The notes: generated by a model from the sequence alone, not told the origin. DNA of 64,000 nucleotides from Nitrospirota bacterium (GCA_049325335.1 JBMOMC010000001.1:320001-384000); one strand, 5' to 3'. Counted from the stretch's first letter, positions 11,771-22,468 are shown. Made by a program: numbers and translations.

Positions 11771-11884
11771 CGGGGCGCGTTGATGAAGGGGCATCCGACG
11801 CCTTCCTGACCGCGCTCCGACGCCGCACACTGCGCGACGCCGGGAACCATACTGCTGAACGATCTCTCCGGCCGCGAGAACCAT

Positions 11885-12880
11885 ATGGCCGCCGACTTCA
11901 TGACTGAACTCATTCAAATTTCCCGGGGACCGACGCGGCGCGGCAAGCGGCCGTCTCACCTCACGGCGTCCGTCGAGCGACCGCCGCTGCCGCCTTGGAT
12001 TCGCGTGCGGTTACGCCAAGGGACGGAGCTCGCCCGTCTGCGAAAAACCTTTCGGGACGCGACCCTGCACACGGTGTGCGAAGAAGCGCGGTGTCCCAAT
12101 CTCTGGGAATGTTGGAATCGCGGCACGGCAACATTCATGATCCTCGGTGATATTTGCACGCGCTCGTGCGGATTCTGCGCGGTCAAGACCGGACGGCCCT
12201 CCGAGGTGGATGCGGACGAGCCGCGACGCGTGGCCGACGCGGTTGCGGCCATGCGCCTACGACATGCGGTCGTCACCTCGGTCAACCGCGACGAGTTGGA
12301 AGACGGCGGTGCGTCCATCTTTGCGGAGACCATCCGGGCGATCCGTCGCGTCAAACCGGACTGCGCGGTCGAGGTCCTGATCCCTGATTTTCAGGGCTCC
12401 GAGTCCGCGTTGATGACGGTGTTGGCCGCTCGGCCCGATGTCCTCACCCACAATACCGAGACCGTCCCGCGTCTCTACGCCGCGGTGCGGCCGCAAGCGC
12501 GTTACGAGCGTTCGCTGGACGTGCTGCATCGCGCCAAGGCCGCGGGAGCGGCGACCAAAACCGGCCTGATGGTGGGACTGGGCGAGACGACCGACGAACT
12601 GTTCGCGGTGTTTGCGGATCTTCGCGGCGCAGGCTGCGACATCCTCACCGTCGGCCAATATTTGCAGCCCACGCGCGAGCATGTGCCGGTTGTGCGGTAC
12701 TACGACCCTCGGGAGTTTGACGCGTTACGCGAGAGAGCGCGCGCCATCGGGTTTGCGCACGTCGAAGCCGGTCCGCTGGTGCGCAGTTCCTACCACGCGG
12801 ATAAGCAGGCCACGGCGGCGGACGGCGGGGCGCCCCCCCGTTCGCCCCGCCCCACGCTGAACGAGGCCCCGCGTGGCTGA
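11885..12880 (+). CDS. lipA: Lipoyl synthase
   Basis: CEEARCPNLWEC, CTRSCGFC, GQYLQP and RSSY motifs. Confidence 0.97.
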   Translation: MAADFMTELIQISRGPTRRGKRPSHLTASVERPPLPPWIRVRLRQGTELARLRKTFRDATLHTVCEEARCPNLWECWNRGTATFMILGDICTRSCGFCAVKTGRPSEVDADEPRRVADAVAAMRLRHAVVTSVNRDELEDGGASIFAETIRAIRRVKPDCAVEVLIPDFQGSESALMTVLAARPDVLTHNTETVPRLYAAVRPQARYERSLDVLHRAKAAGAATKTGLMVGLGETTDELFAVFADLRGAGCDILTVGQYLQPTREHVPVVRYYDPREFDALRERARAIGFAHVEAGPLVRSSYHADKQATAADGGAPPRSPRPTLNEAPRG

Positions 12881-14342
12881 TCCATTGCGCGTTCTCTTCG
12901 CGGTGTCCGAAATCACGCCGTTTTCAAAAACCGGAGGACTGGGCGACGTGGCTGCGGCGCTCCCGCGGGCGCTCGCCGCGCTGGGACATGACGTACGGGT
13001 GGTAACGCCGCGGTATCGGTCGTTTGCGGGCTCGGCGGAACGGATCGCGGCCGTCCAAGTCCACATGGGGCGACGCGTCGTGACCGCCGCGATCGGCCGG
13101 ACGACCCTCCCCGACAGCGCGGTCCCGGTATACACCGTGGACGACGATCAGGGGTGGTTCGACCGCGACGGCCTGTACCAGTCGCGCACCGGCGAGTATT
13201 CCGATAATGTGGAGCGGTTCGCCTTTTTCTCGCGCGCCGCGCTGCAACTGACTGAGGCGCTGGACTGGTCCCCGCAGATCATCCACTGCCACGACTGGCA
13301 AACCGCGTTGATCCCGGTGTACCTGGCCGCCGGCAGCCGGCAGCCGACCGTGCGCACCGTGCTGACGATCCACAACATGGGCTTTCAGGGCTCGTTCCCC
13401 GGTGATCGTTTTCCCGCAACGGACCTGCCGTCCGCGTGGTTTTCCATGAACGGCGTCGAATTTTTCGGCCGCGTCAATCTACTCAAGGGCGGATTACTCG
13501 CCGCAGATCTGCTCACCACGGTCAGCCCCACCTACGCCCAAGAAATCCAGACCGAAGCCTTGAGCTGCGGGCTGCACGGCGTGTTGGCGACCAGACGGCG
13601 CGACGTGGTGGGCATCCTGAACGGCATTGATCGCGAGGTCTGGAATCCCGCGACCGATTCGCTGCTCGCGGCCCGATTCTCCGCCTCGCGCCTCGCGGGC
13701 AAAACCGCGTGTCGCGACGACCTCCTGCGCCGCGTGCGTCTTGACCCGGGCCCCACGCCGGTCGTGGCCATGGTCAGCCGCCTGACCGAACAAAAAGGCG
13801 TGGATCTATTGATCGACCTCCTCCCGGACTTGCTGCTGCTGGACCTTCGGCTGGTCGTGCTCGGAACCGGCGACGGTCCCTATGAAGCCGCGTTACGCAA
13901 CTGGGCCGCCAAACGCCCGGATCGGATCGCGGCGATGATGGCGTTCGACGAGACCTTGGCCCACCGCATCATGGCGGGCGCGGATCTCTTTTTGATGCCG
14001 TCTCGGTATGAACCCTGCGGCCTCAGCCAACTGTACGCGATGCGCTACGGCGCGGTACCGGTCGCGCACCACACCGGCGGGTTGGCCGACACGATCGTCG
14101 ACCTCACCCCGCGGTCGGCTCAGGACGGGAGAGCCACCGGATTTTTATTCCGGCCGTGTACGGCCGAACATTTCCTGCGCGCGATCCAGTTTGCGCTCGC
14201 CGCGCGGCGTGAGCGCGCCGCGTGGAAGCGGATTATGATCGCCGGCATGCGCGCGGATTTCGGGTGGGATCAGTCCGCCGCCCACTACGTGTCGGCGTAT
14301 CGTCGCGCGCTCAGTCAACCCCCAAGGAGACCCCTTGCCTAG
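12873..14342 (+). CDS. glgA: Glycogen synthase (GT5, ADP-glucose)
   Basis: KTGGLGDV, HCHDWQ, PSRYEPCGLSQL, TGGLADT. Confidence 0.95.
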   Translation: MADPLRVLFAVSEITPFSKTGGLGDVAAALPRALAALGHDVRVVTPRYRSFAGSAERIAAVQVHMGRRVVTAAIGRTTLPDSAVPVYTVDDDQGWFDRDGLYQSRTGEYSDNVERFAFFSRAALQLTEALDWSPQIIHCHDWQTALIPVYLAAGSRQPTVRTVLTIHNMGFQGSFPGDRFPATDLPSAWFSMNGVEFFGRVNLLKGGLLAADLLTTVSPTYAQEIQTEALSCGLHGVLATRRRDVVGILNGIDREVWNPATDSLLAARFSASRLAGKTACRDDLLRRVRLDPGPTPVVAMVSRLTEQKGVDLLIDLLPDLLLLDLRLVVLGTGDGPYEAALRNWAAKRPDRIAAMMAFDETLAHRIMAGADLFLMPSRYEPCGLSQLYAMRYGAVPVAHHTGGLADTIVDLTPRSAQDGRATGFLFRPCTAEHFLRAIQFALAARRERAAWKRIMIAGMRADFGWDQSAAHYVSAYRRALSQPPRRPLA

Positions 14343-15249
14343 TAAACGATCTCGAACAACGGCTCCGTCGTCCCGACCGAAAACCGCAGCCCGCGCACCC
14401 AAGAAGGCCCCGACGACCCGCGGGGTCCGTGGCGGCTCGACGAGCAAACCATCCGCGGCGCCGCCCGCGCGCAAGCCAGCGACACCCGCTCCCGCGGTCA
14501 AGACCTCGTCACGCGCCGTCGGCCCGCGGCGCGCGGACCTGATGGCCCAAGCCAAAGCCGCGGGAATCACGGGGCGCCAGCGAATGACCGTGGCGCAACT
14601 GCAGGCCGCGCTGGCGCGCGTGGCGACGCGTCCGACGCCCGCTCCGACCCCGGACGCCCAGATCCGCCCCGTGGTCGTGGCCACGCCGTCCCCGGTCGCC
14701 GGGCTTCCGTGGCGCTTCGGCGTCACCGAAGTGGTCGCCCTCCCCGTTGATCCGCTGTTGGTCTACGTGTACTGGGAGCTGCTGCCCGATGACGTCGCGG
14801 CCGTCCGCGCCGCGCTGGGCTCCTCGTGGGACGGCGCGCAGCAGGTGCTCCGGGCCTACGAAGTGTCCCCCGCGTTCGCGCCCACCGGGGACGGGATCGG
14901 GCTGGCGGCCCGCGCGCGGCATCATTTTGACTCGGACGTGGGCGGCGACGTGGGCAGCTACTATGTGCACCTGTGGAGCCCGGATCAGACGCTGGTGTTT
15001 GAACTCGGGTGGCGCGGCCGGACGGGTCGCTTCGTGGCCGCCGCCCGCTCCAACCTGGTCCGTACGCCCCGCAACGCGCCCTGCGGCGGGGAGGAACGGT
15101 GGATGACCGTGCGAAACGGCCGGATCGTGACCACGCCGGCCGGGGCGGTTCCGGGCGGCGACGCCGCGGACCGCGGACCCGAGTCGGTCGAACCCGCGCC
15201 TTGGTCCGCGACCTTTCCCACGCACCGCGGATGGGGAGGACGGCGATGA
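14335..15249 (+). CDS. DUF4912-type protein with a Rho-N-like helical motif and a basic N-terminus
   Basis: VALPVDPLLVYVYWE and ARSNLVRTP motifs; RADLMAQAKAAGITGRQRMTVAQL resembles Rho_N; lies between glgA and GH57. Confidence 0.75.
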   Translation: MPSKRSRTTAPSSRPKTAARAPKKAPTTRGVRGGSTSKPSAAPPARKPATPAPAVKTSSRAVGPRRADLMAQAKAAGITGRQRMTVAQLQAALARVATRPTPAPTPDAQIRPVVVATPSPVAGLPWRFGVTEVVALPVDPLLVYVYWELLPDDVAAVRAALGSSWDGAQQVLRAYEVSPAFAPTGDGIGLAARARHHFDSDVGGDVGSYYVHLWSPDQTLVFELGWRGRTGRFVAAARSNLVRTPRNAPCGGEERWMTVRNGRIVTTPAGAVPGGDAADRGPESVEPAPWSATFPTHRGWGGRR

Positions 15250-16871
15250 GCCTACGCCGAGGCTACTTGTGCCTGTTGCTGCACGCGCACCTGCCGTTCG
15301 TACGTCATCCGGAACACGAACATTTCCTGGAGGAAAACTGGTATTACGAAGCCGTCTCCGACACGTATTTACCCGTGCTGGACGCGCTTGAACGGCTGAC
15401 GGACGACGGGGTGCGCGTTCGGCTCACCATGACCTTGTCCCCGTCGCTGACCGCCATGTTCGACGACGGGCTCTTGCGCGAGCGCATGGTCCGATACTTC
15501 GACCAACGTATTTCGCTGGCGCGCGCGGAAGGGCACCGGTTGGCGGACGACGCCGCGTTCGGCCCGCTCGCCGCGTATTATCGCGATCGGTTCGAACGCA
15601 GCCGCGACGCGTTCGTCAACCGGTATCACCGGGATCTGACCGCCGCCTTCCGCGGGTTCCAAGATCAGGGCAGTCTGGAGATCATCACCTGCGGAGCCAC
15701 GCACGGGTTTCTTCCCTTGTTGAACGCGGTGCCGAGCGCCGCGCGCGCGCAAGTGCGCGTGGCCGCGGACTCGTACCGCCGCGCGTTCGGCCGCGACCCG
15801 CGCGGCATCTGGCTTCCCGAGTGCGCGTATACCCCCGGCTTCGACGAGGTGTTGCGCGACGAGGGCATTCGGTTCTTCATGATGGAGAGCCACGGCCTGG
15901 CGCACGCCAAGCCGCGGCCGCGCTTCGGGCTGCACGCGCCCGTGTACTGCGCGTCCGGCGTGGCCGCGTTCGCGCGCGACGTAGAGTCGTCCAAACAGGT
16001 CTGGAGCGCGAACGAAGGGTACCCCGGCGATTTCGCCTACCGTGAGTACTACCGCGACGTGGGGTTCGACCTGCCCGTGGAACGGCTGCGCGAGCACCTG
16101 CCGCATCTCGGTCCGCGGTACAACACCGGCATCAAGTACTACCGGATCACGGGTCGCACCGATCATAAGGAGCCGTATGTCCCGGCGCAGGCCCGGGAAC
16201 GCGCGGCCGAACACGCGGGGAATTTCCTGTTCAACCGAGGACAACAGATCGACTACCTCTCGGGCGGCATGGATCGACCGCCTTTGGTGGTGGCGCCCTA
16301 CGACGCCGAATTGTTCGGACACTGGTGGTTCGAGGGCCCGATCTGGATCGAACTGCTCGCGCGCAAACTCCACTTCGACCAGGACCAGATCGAACCCATC
16401 ACCCCGTCGGAATACCTGGACCGCCATCCGACCAACCAAGTGGTGGAACCGTGCGCGTCGAGTTGGGGGCACAACGGGTATTACGAGGTGTGGCTCAACG
16501 GCGCCAACGACTGGATCTACCGCTACCTACACCACGCCGCCACGCGCATGGAAACGCTCGCGGCGCGTCGGCCCACGCCCGGCAGCATGGAGCACCGAGC
16601 CGTCACGCAGGCGCTGCGCGAGTTGCTGTTGGCCCAGGCATCGGACTGGGCCTTCATCATGAAAACCGGCACCATGGTGCCGTACGCGAACAAACGCACC
16701 ACCGATCATCTGCTGCGCTTTTTCCGGCTGGCGGATCAACTCGACGCGGGCGCCGTCGACGCCGCGTGGCTCGCGGAGATCGAAGCCCGCGACACGTGTT
16801 TTCCCCACCTCGATGTCGCGGCCGCGTACCGCGACGCGCACGAGCCCGCCGCGCAGGCCGTGGGCCGGTGA
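15246..16871 (+). CDS. GH57 alpha-1,4-glucan branching enzyme (DUF1957 C-terminal domain)
   Basis: LLLHAHLPFV, GIWLPECAY (nucleophile), PYDAELFGHWWFEG, LLAQASDWAF. Confidence 0.92.
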   Translation: MSLRRGYLCLLLHAHLPFVRHPEHEHFLEENWYYEAVSDTYLPVLDALERLTDDGVRVRLTMTLSPSLTAMFDDGLLRERMVRYFDQRISLARAEGHRLADDAAFGPLAAYYRDRFERSRDAFVNRYHRDLTAAFRGFQDQGSLEIITCGATHGFLPLLNAVPSAARAQVRVAADSYRRAFGRDPRGIWLPECAYTPGFDEVLRDEGIRFFMMESHGLAHAKPRPRFGLHAPVYCASGVAAFARDVESSKQVWSANEGYPGDFAYREYYRDVGFDLPVERLREHLPHLGPRYNTGIKYYRITGRTDHKEPYVPAQARERAAEHAGNFLFNRGQQIDYLSGGMDRPPLVVAPYDAELFGHWWFEGPIWIELLARKLHFDQDQIEPITPSEYLDRHPTNQVVEPCASSWGHNGYYEVWLNGANDWIYRYLHHAATRMETLAARRPTPGSMEHRAVTQALRELLLAQASDWAFIMKTGTMVPYANKRTTDHLLRFFRLADQLDAGAVDAAWLAEIEARDTCFPHLDVAAAYRDAHEPAAQAVGR

Positions 16872-18940
16872 GGGCTCGGCGCCGCGTTCAGGATCGTCCG
16901 CGCCCGCGCGGGAATCACCTCATCACCGGCCTGCTGCAAGGGCATCCCGACGGGTACGGGTTCGTGATCCCGGACGAAGACCCGGCGCTGGGGAGACGCG
17001 ACGTGTACATCCCGGCGCGCGACATGGGCGCGGCCATGCACGGGGACCGCGTGGAGGCGCTGGTCGAGACGCGGCCCGCTCCCCGCGGCCGCGCGCGGCC
17101 GCGGACCGAGGAGCGGCGCCAGGGACGGATCGTGCGCGTGGTGGAGCGCGCGCGGCGCGAGGTGGTCGGGCGTCTCGCGCGCGGACCGTCGTTTCTGTTC
17201 GTGGTGCCCACGGACCCGCGAATCAGCCGCGACGTGGCGATCCCGACGGCCGAGTTGCACGGCGCGCGCGAAGGCGATCTCGTGGTCGCCGAGATCACCG
17301 CCTGCCCCGAGGCCCGGCAGGGATTTCTCGGCCGCGTCGTTCGCGTGCTCGGGCAATCCGGCGATCCCGCGTTGGACACCGACATGGTCGTCGCGGAATT
17401 CGATCTGCCCCGCGAATTCCCCTCGGAGGTGGAGCGCGAGGCCGCCGCGATCCCGGACCGGCTCACGCCCGGCCTGTTGGCGGGCCGTCGCGACCTGCGC
17501 GCGTTGACCACGGTGACGATCGACGGAGAACACGCCAAGGATTTCGACGACGCGGTGTCGATCGACCCGCTGCCGGACGGGGGCTTCCGTCTCTGGGTGC
17601 ACATCGCCGACGTGTCCGCCTATGTCGCGTGGGACAGCCCGCTGGACCAAGAAGCCAGGCGCCGCGGGACCAGCGTGTATTTTCCGGACCGCGTGGTGCC
17701 CATGTTTCCGGAGCGGCTGTCCAACGGATTGTGCAGCTTGAACCCCGGCGAAGACCGCCTGACCCTCACCTGCGAGATGACGTTTGACGCCGACGGGCAT
17801 CGCGCGGCGTATACGTTGTATCCCAGCGTGATCATCAGCGACGAACGCATGACCTACACCACGGTCGGACGGATCCTGGAACAGGACGACCCGGAGTTGA
17901 GCCGCCGTTATGCCTCCCTGCTGCCGATGTTCCGAACCATGCGCGCGTTGTGCGAACGGCTGTCCCGGCGCCGTCGCGAACGCGGGAGCATTGACTTCGA
18001 TCTGCCGGAACCGGAAATTTTATTGGACGTGCTGGGCGAGACCACGGCGATCGTCAAACACGACCGCACCATCGCGCACCGCATCATCGAAGAATTCATG
18101 CTGGCGGCGAACGAAACCGTGGCGCACCACCTGGATCGTCTCCGGATTCCCTCCGTCTACCGGGTGCACGAGCGACCGGACCCGGACAAGCTCCTGAACT
18201 TCGCCCAGGTCGCGTCGGGGTTCGGTCACCGGGTCGCGCTGGGCGACCCGGTGCATCCCAAACCCCTGGCGCGCGCGGTGGAAGCGGTTCGCGGGCGACC
18301 CGAGGAAGCCTTGTTGAACACGCTCCTGTTGCGCTCGATGAAACAGGCTCGATACGCGGTGGAGAACACCGGTCACTTCGGGCTGGCGGCGACGCATTAC
18401 ACGCACTTTACCTCGCCGATCCGACGGTACCCGGATCTAGTGATCCATCGCCTGGTGCGTGCCGCGTTGGCCGGCGGCGGGCTGTCGACCGAACGGCTCG
18501 AAGCGCTGTTGCCGGAGATCGCGCTCTGGTCTTCCACCCGCGAGCGCCTGGCCATGGAAGCTGAGCGGGAAGTCGTGGATCTCAAGAAGGCCCGCTTCAT
18601 GGCCAATAAGGTGGGCGAAGAATTCGCGGGCATCATTTCCGGCGTCACCGCATACGGGTTCTTCGTCCAACTCGCCGACGTGTTCGTGGAAGGCCTGGTA
18701 CGCGCCGAAACCATCGGCGGCGACTTTTACGTCCACGACGATGCGCGCCACGCGCTGGTGGGTCGGAAAACGCGCCGGGTGTTTCGATTAGGGGATCCCG
18801 TGCGTATCACGGTTGATCGCGTGGATCTGATCCGCCGACAGGTGGATTTCCGTCTGGCCGACCCGCCCGACGACGCACCAACGCCCGGTCCGCACGCCCG
18901 GCAAAAGCCCGCCCGGAAGCCTCGCCGAACCCGCTCATAG
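16868..18940 (+). CDS. rnr: Ribonuclease R
   Basis: CSD GYGFV, TIDGEHAKDFDDA, VHIADVS, IEEFMLAAN, YTHFTSPIRRYPDL, C-terminal S1; GTG at 16868 overlaps the upstream stop. Confidence 0.95.
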   Translation: MRARRRVQDRPRPRGNHLITGLLQGHPDGYGFVIPDEDPALGRRDVYIPARDMGAAMHGDRVEALVETRPAPRGRARPRTEERRQGRIVRVVERARREVVGRLARGPSFLFVVPTDPRISRDVAIPTAELHGAREGDLVVAEITACPEARQGFLGRVVRVLGQSGDPALDTDMVVAEFDLPREFPSEVEREAAAIPDRLTPGLLAGRRDLRALTTVTIDGEHAKDFDDAVSIDPLPDGGFRLWVHIADVSAYVAWDSPLDQEARRRGTSVYFPDRVVPMFPERLSNGLCSLNPGEDRLTLTCEMTFDADGHRAAYTLYPSVIISDERMTYTTVGRILEQDDPELSRRYASLLPMFRTMRALCERLSRRRRERGSIDFDLPEPEILLDVLGETTAIVKHDRTIAHRIIEEFMLAANETVAHHLDRLRIPSVYRVHERPDPDKLLNFAQVASGFGHRVALGDPVHPKPLARAVEAVRGRPEEALLNTLLLRSMKQARYAVENTGHFGLAATHYTHFTSPIRRYPDLVIHRLVRAALAGGGLSTERLEALLPEIALWSSTRERLAMEAEREVVDLKKARFMANKVGEEFAGIISGVTAYGFFVQLADVFVEGLVRAETIGGDFYVHDDARHALVGRKTRRVFRLGDPVRITVDRVDLIRRQVDFRLADPPDDAPTPGPHARQKPARKPRRTRS

Positions 18941-19029
18941 GATCTCCCTCCCCTCCGTACGGATGAGTCCGGCAACGCCCCTGAACAGTTGACAGCCCTC
19001 GGATCAGCGGTACCGTTCTCCCGTCCCGT

Positions 19030-21183
19030 TTGGGGTTTCTCCTGGTGGACGACCCGATTCCGAAGCCATCGCCGGTTGATCCGCGCGAGTTAACGCGCCT
19101 CTTGACCGATTTTCAAGTGGGTATCCGCAAGGTGTCCATGTATTCGGCCTCGCACCGCGTTGTCCCGGGGATCGTGGCCTCGCTGACCGCGCAATTTCAC
19201 GCGCTCACCCGATCACACGGCACGCTCCACATCGCGAGCACCAAAGACGAGATCCTTTATGCCGGCACCCCCATCGCGAGCAGCAACCCGGTTATTCGCG
19301 AATTGGCCCGGCTGTTGAACGGCCTCAACATCGCGGGTATCGATGTGTGCCCCGAGGTGACCGACGCGCATATCAGCAGTTTTCTTCGGTTGCTCGCCGG
19401 GTCCCGCGGGACGGCCTCGTCCGTTGACAGCGACCGCGCGCTCGATGAATTCGGCCGCGCCACCCCCACCATCGTGTTGCAGTTCATCAGTTTCCAGGGA
19501 GCGGTCAAGGACCGGACCGACTCGGACGGCGGGGAAGGGATCACCGCCTCGCACCTGTGGCGCGGCTTGGTGAGCCGCCTCACCGCCGAAGGAACGCCCG
19601 CGGCCGTGCAGACCGCGCTCGATGCGGCCGCCGCCGACCCGGCCAACGCGCAGCGGGTCGCCGCAGCCATCAGTTTGATCGTCCAACACCAACAGGCGAG
19701 TGAACGCTCCTACGAACGCACGATCGTGAAGTACCTGCGGGAACAAGCCGCCGCCCTCCCGGAAGAGGGGCCCGCGCGCGCGGAGCTCGGGCAGGAAATC
19801 AGCCGGATGTTCGGCGGTCTGACCTCCGACGTGCGTCAACACCTTCTTCGCACATCGATCGAAGCAAGCGAGGAGGATGCCGCGCCCGCCGACGCGCTCA
19901 TCGAGACCCTCCCCATGCCCATGATGATGGAAGTCCTGGACCAGATCCGCGGCGCCGGGAAAGACGTGTCCCTCCCGGGACTGACTTTGTTGAAAAAACT
20001 GGTGACCTTGAGCGGCACCGATCCCACCCTCGCCGCAACCCTTCAGGAAAAGCTGCCCGAACACCACGATCTGCTGCAAGACCTCCTCACCAAACGGGCG
20101 GAGCGGACGTATTATCCGACCCAGTACCGCGCCCTGCTCGATCAGGAATTCGCGGACCAAGCCGTGCCGACCAGCGCCGTCGCGCGCCCGGAGGCGATTA
20201 CCCTCGATGAGCACGCCATCGATCAGCATCTAGCCCTGATCCTTCTCGAGACCCTGGAGGCGCCGATCCGGTCGGAGGAACAATACCGGCAGACCGTCAT
20301 CGCGCTGAAGGAGTTGCTGATCCACAGCCTTGCCGAGCGCGCCGCCGGGGTTTTCAACGACGCGATCGCGATTCTCGCGGCCAGATACGGGTCGGCCGCG
20401 GACGCCCAACGTCCGTTCCTGCAAGACTGCATTCGCGAGCTGCTGCAGCGAGAGTTTCTGCCCCATCTCCTGGCCGCGGCGGATCCCGCTGACGAACAAC
20501 GGCAACGGGACGCGCTGGCGCAGATGATCCACATCGTGGGTCCGAGCGTGATTCCGTTGCTCCTGGACAAACTCGAGGACGAACAAAATTTGAAAATGCG
20601 CAAGCGGCTCTTGACGATCCTCCGCGATTGCGGAGACGCGGTCGTGCCGTTGGCGATCGGGCGGCTTGCGCACGCGCAATGGTACGTGGTGCGGAACATG
20701 CTCTCGTTGCTTCGGGATCTGCGGGCGGTGCCCGCGGTCCCCGCGATCGCGAAGTGTCTCGCCCATACCTCGTCACAGGTGCGGCTGGCCGCCTTCCAGA
20801 CCCTTGGCGCGTTGGCCCCGCAGGCGGCCGAATTCATCGGCGCGCTCAAACGGGCATTGGACGACGACGACCCCAAAGTGTTTCGGGCCGCGCTCACGCA
20901 CCTGGTGTCCAGTCACGACACCGCGTCATTACAGTTGGCGGCCCGGCTCCTGCTAGACGATGCGGGTGCGCGCCGCGAGCGTCAGGTCGCGGCGATCAAC
21001 GCCATCGGACAGGCCGGGAACACCGCGTTGGTCCCGCTCCTGCTGGCCGTGCAGCGCCGCCATCTCTTGCGCTTTTGGACGTGGCGGACCACCAGCGCAG
21101 TGCGGACGGCCGTCAATCGCGCATTGATCACCATTAGGGCCCGAGGAGGAGCGCCGGATGTCGGACACCAAGACGCCGCCTGA
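19030..21183 (+). CDS. HEAT-repeat protein with an uncharacterised N-terminal domain
   Basis: C-terminal HEAT/PBS-lyase-like repeats (QWYVVRNMLSLL, SQVRLAAFQTL, PKVFRAAL); start may be GTG at 19045. Confidence 0.75.
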   Translation: MGFLLVDDPIPKPSPVDPRELTRLLTDFQVGIRKVSMYSASHRVVPGIVASLTAQFHALTRSHGTLHIASTKDEILYAGTPIASSNPVIRELARLLNGLNIAGIDVCPEVTDAHISSFLRLLAGSRGTASSVDSDRALDEFGRATPTIVLQFISFQGAVKDRTDSDGGEGITASHLWRGLVSRLTAEGTPAAVQTALDAAAADPANAQRVAAAISLIVQHQQASERSYERTIVKYLREQAAALPEEGPARAELGQEISRMFGGLTSDVRQHLLRTSIEASEEDAAPADALIETLPMPMMMEVLDQIRGAGKDVSLPGLTLLKKLVTLSGTDPTLAATLQEKLPEHHDLLQDLLTKRAERTYYPTQYRALLDQEFADQAVPTSAVARPEAITLDEHAIDQHLALILLETLEAPIRSEEQYRQTVIALKELLIHSLAERAAGVFNDAIAILAARYGSAADAQRPFLQDCIRELLQREFLPHLLAAADPADEQRQRDALAQMIHIVGPSVIPLLLDKLEDEQNLKMRKRLLTILRDCGDAVVPLAIGRLAHAQWYVVRNMLSLLRDLRAVPAVPAIAKCLAHTSSQVRLAAFQTLGALAPQAAEFIGALKRALDDDDPKVFRAALTHLVSSHDTASLQLAARLLLDDAGARRERQVAAINAIGQAGNTALVPLLLAVQRRHLLRFWTWRTTSAVRTAVNRALITIRARGGAPDVGHQDAA

Positions 21184-22381
21184 GCGACCCGACGCGCCCG
21201 GCCCGGACGCGCCGACCGGTCCCGCGACTGCCAACCGCGTGGACGCCGCCGAGCGTTTCCTGCGCGCGCTCGCCAAGGTGCTGCACGATCGCACCCTCTA
21301 CCCTGCGCACCACCCCCAATCACTCGTGGGAATGCGCGCGTTGGGCGATGTCATCCCCGAACTGTTTCGGGAACGCAACGCGCGGATGCTCGTGGTCATC
21401 GACGATCAGATTTTCGCGGACGATCGGTTGCTCGGCGCGAGGGGCGCCGGCATCGCGGACCTGGCCGCCTCGTTCCGGGAACGAGGGGTGGAGGTCCTTT
21501 CGCTCAAGAGCGGGCTCACCGCCGACGAACTCAAGCCGCTGGTGGATCTGTTGGCCGCGCCGCGCGCCAAAGACGCCGACAAACCCCGCTTCCGTTCGCC
21601 TCACGTGGTGCTGGGCGATGTCGCGATCGACGATGACGCGGCCGCCGTGCCCGAGGCGGTCCGGGACCTCGGATTCGCGATCAACTCGTCGAAGCAGCAG
21701 CCGGGGCTCGATGACGCGGCCAAGATTTTACGCGACACCTATCTGGACTGGACCACGATTCAAGACGCGCTGGTCAACCAGGTGGAACGCATCATGGCGA
21801 ATCTCCAACGCAGCTTGTTCGCGAACATTCGCTCGTTGATTCCGCTCGCGGAATTAAAGGCCTACGACGAATACACCCATGTGCACGCCATCAACCTGTC
21901 GATTCTCACCATGGCGCAAGCTGAATCACTCGGCTACTCCAAGGAGGCCATCCACGCGTTCGGCATGGGCGCGCTGCTGCACGACGTGGGAAAAACCCAA
22001 GTGTCGGTGGACGTGCTCCACAAGGCCGGGAAACTCACCCCCGAAGAACAAGAGGAGATGAAGACCCACCCGGTGCACGGCGCGGCCCAACTGCTCCGCC
22101 ACCCCGAGATCCCCAAGGTCGCGGTGATCGTGGCCTACGAACACCACCTCAAATACGATCGCTCCGGGTACCCCAAGTTGACCCGCGATCGACCGCAACA
22201 CGTGGCCAGCCGGCTCGCCGCGGTCGCGGACCACTACGACGCCATGCGCAGCAACCGTCCGTATCGCGATGCCATGGAACCCGCGCAGATTTTCGAGATC
22301 ATGGGAAAAAACAAGGGCACGGAACTGGACCCGACCCTGGTGGATCATTTCTTCGCCATGATGAAGTCCCGCGCCGCGTAG
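21158..22381 (+). CDS. HD-GYP domain phosphodiesterase
   Basis: YTHVHAIN, LLHDVGK, HPVHG, EHHLKYDRSGYP, ADHYDAMRSNRPYR. Confidence 0.9.
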   Translation: MSDTKTPPERPDAPGPDAPTGPATANRVDAAERFLRALAKVLHDRTLYPAHHPQSLVGMRALGDVIPELFRERNARMLVVIDDQIFADDRLLGARGAGIADLAASFRERGVEVLSLKSGLTADELKPLVDLLAAPRAKDADKPRFRSPHVVLGDVAIDDDAAAVPEAVRDLGFAINSSKQQPGLDDAAKILRDTYLDWTTIQDALVNQVERIMANLQRSLFANIRSLIPLAELKAYDEYTHVHAINLSILTMAQAESLGYSKEAIHAFGMGALLHDVGKTQVSVDVLHKAGKLTPEEQEEMKTHPVHGAAQLLRHPEIPKVAVIVAYEHHLKYDRSGYPKLTRDRPQHVASRLAAVADHYDAMRSNRPYRDAMEPAQIFEIMGKNKGTELDPTLVDHFFAMMKSRAA

Positions 22382-22468
22382 CGCCCCCATAGAACGGCGC
22401 ACGACGCAACCGCGCGAAGGGTTCAGGGTCCGGCCGGTCGCACGCCGAACAGTTCAGACAGCCCCGCG

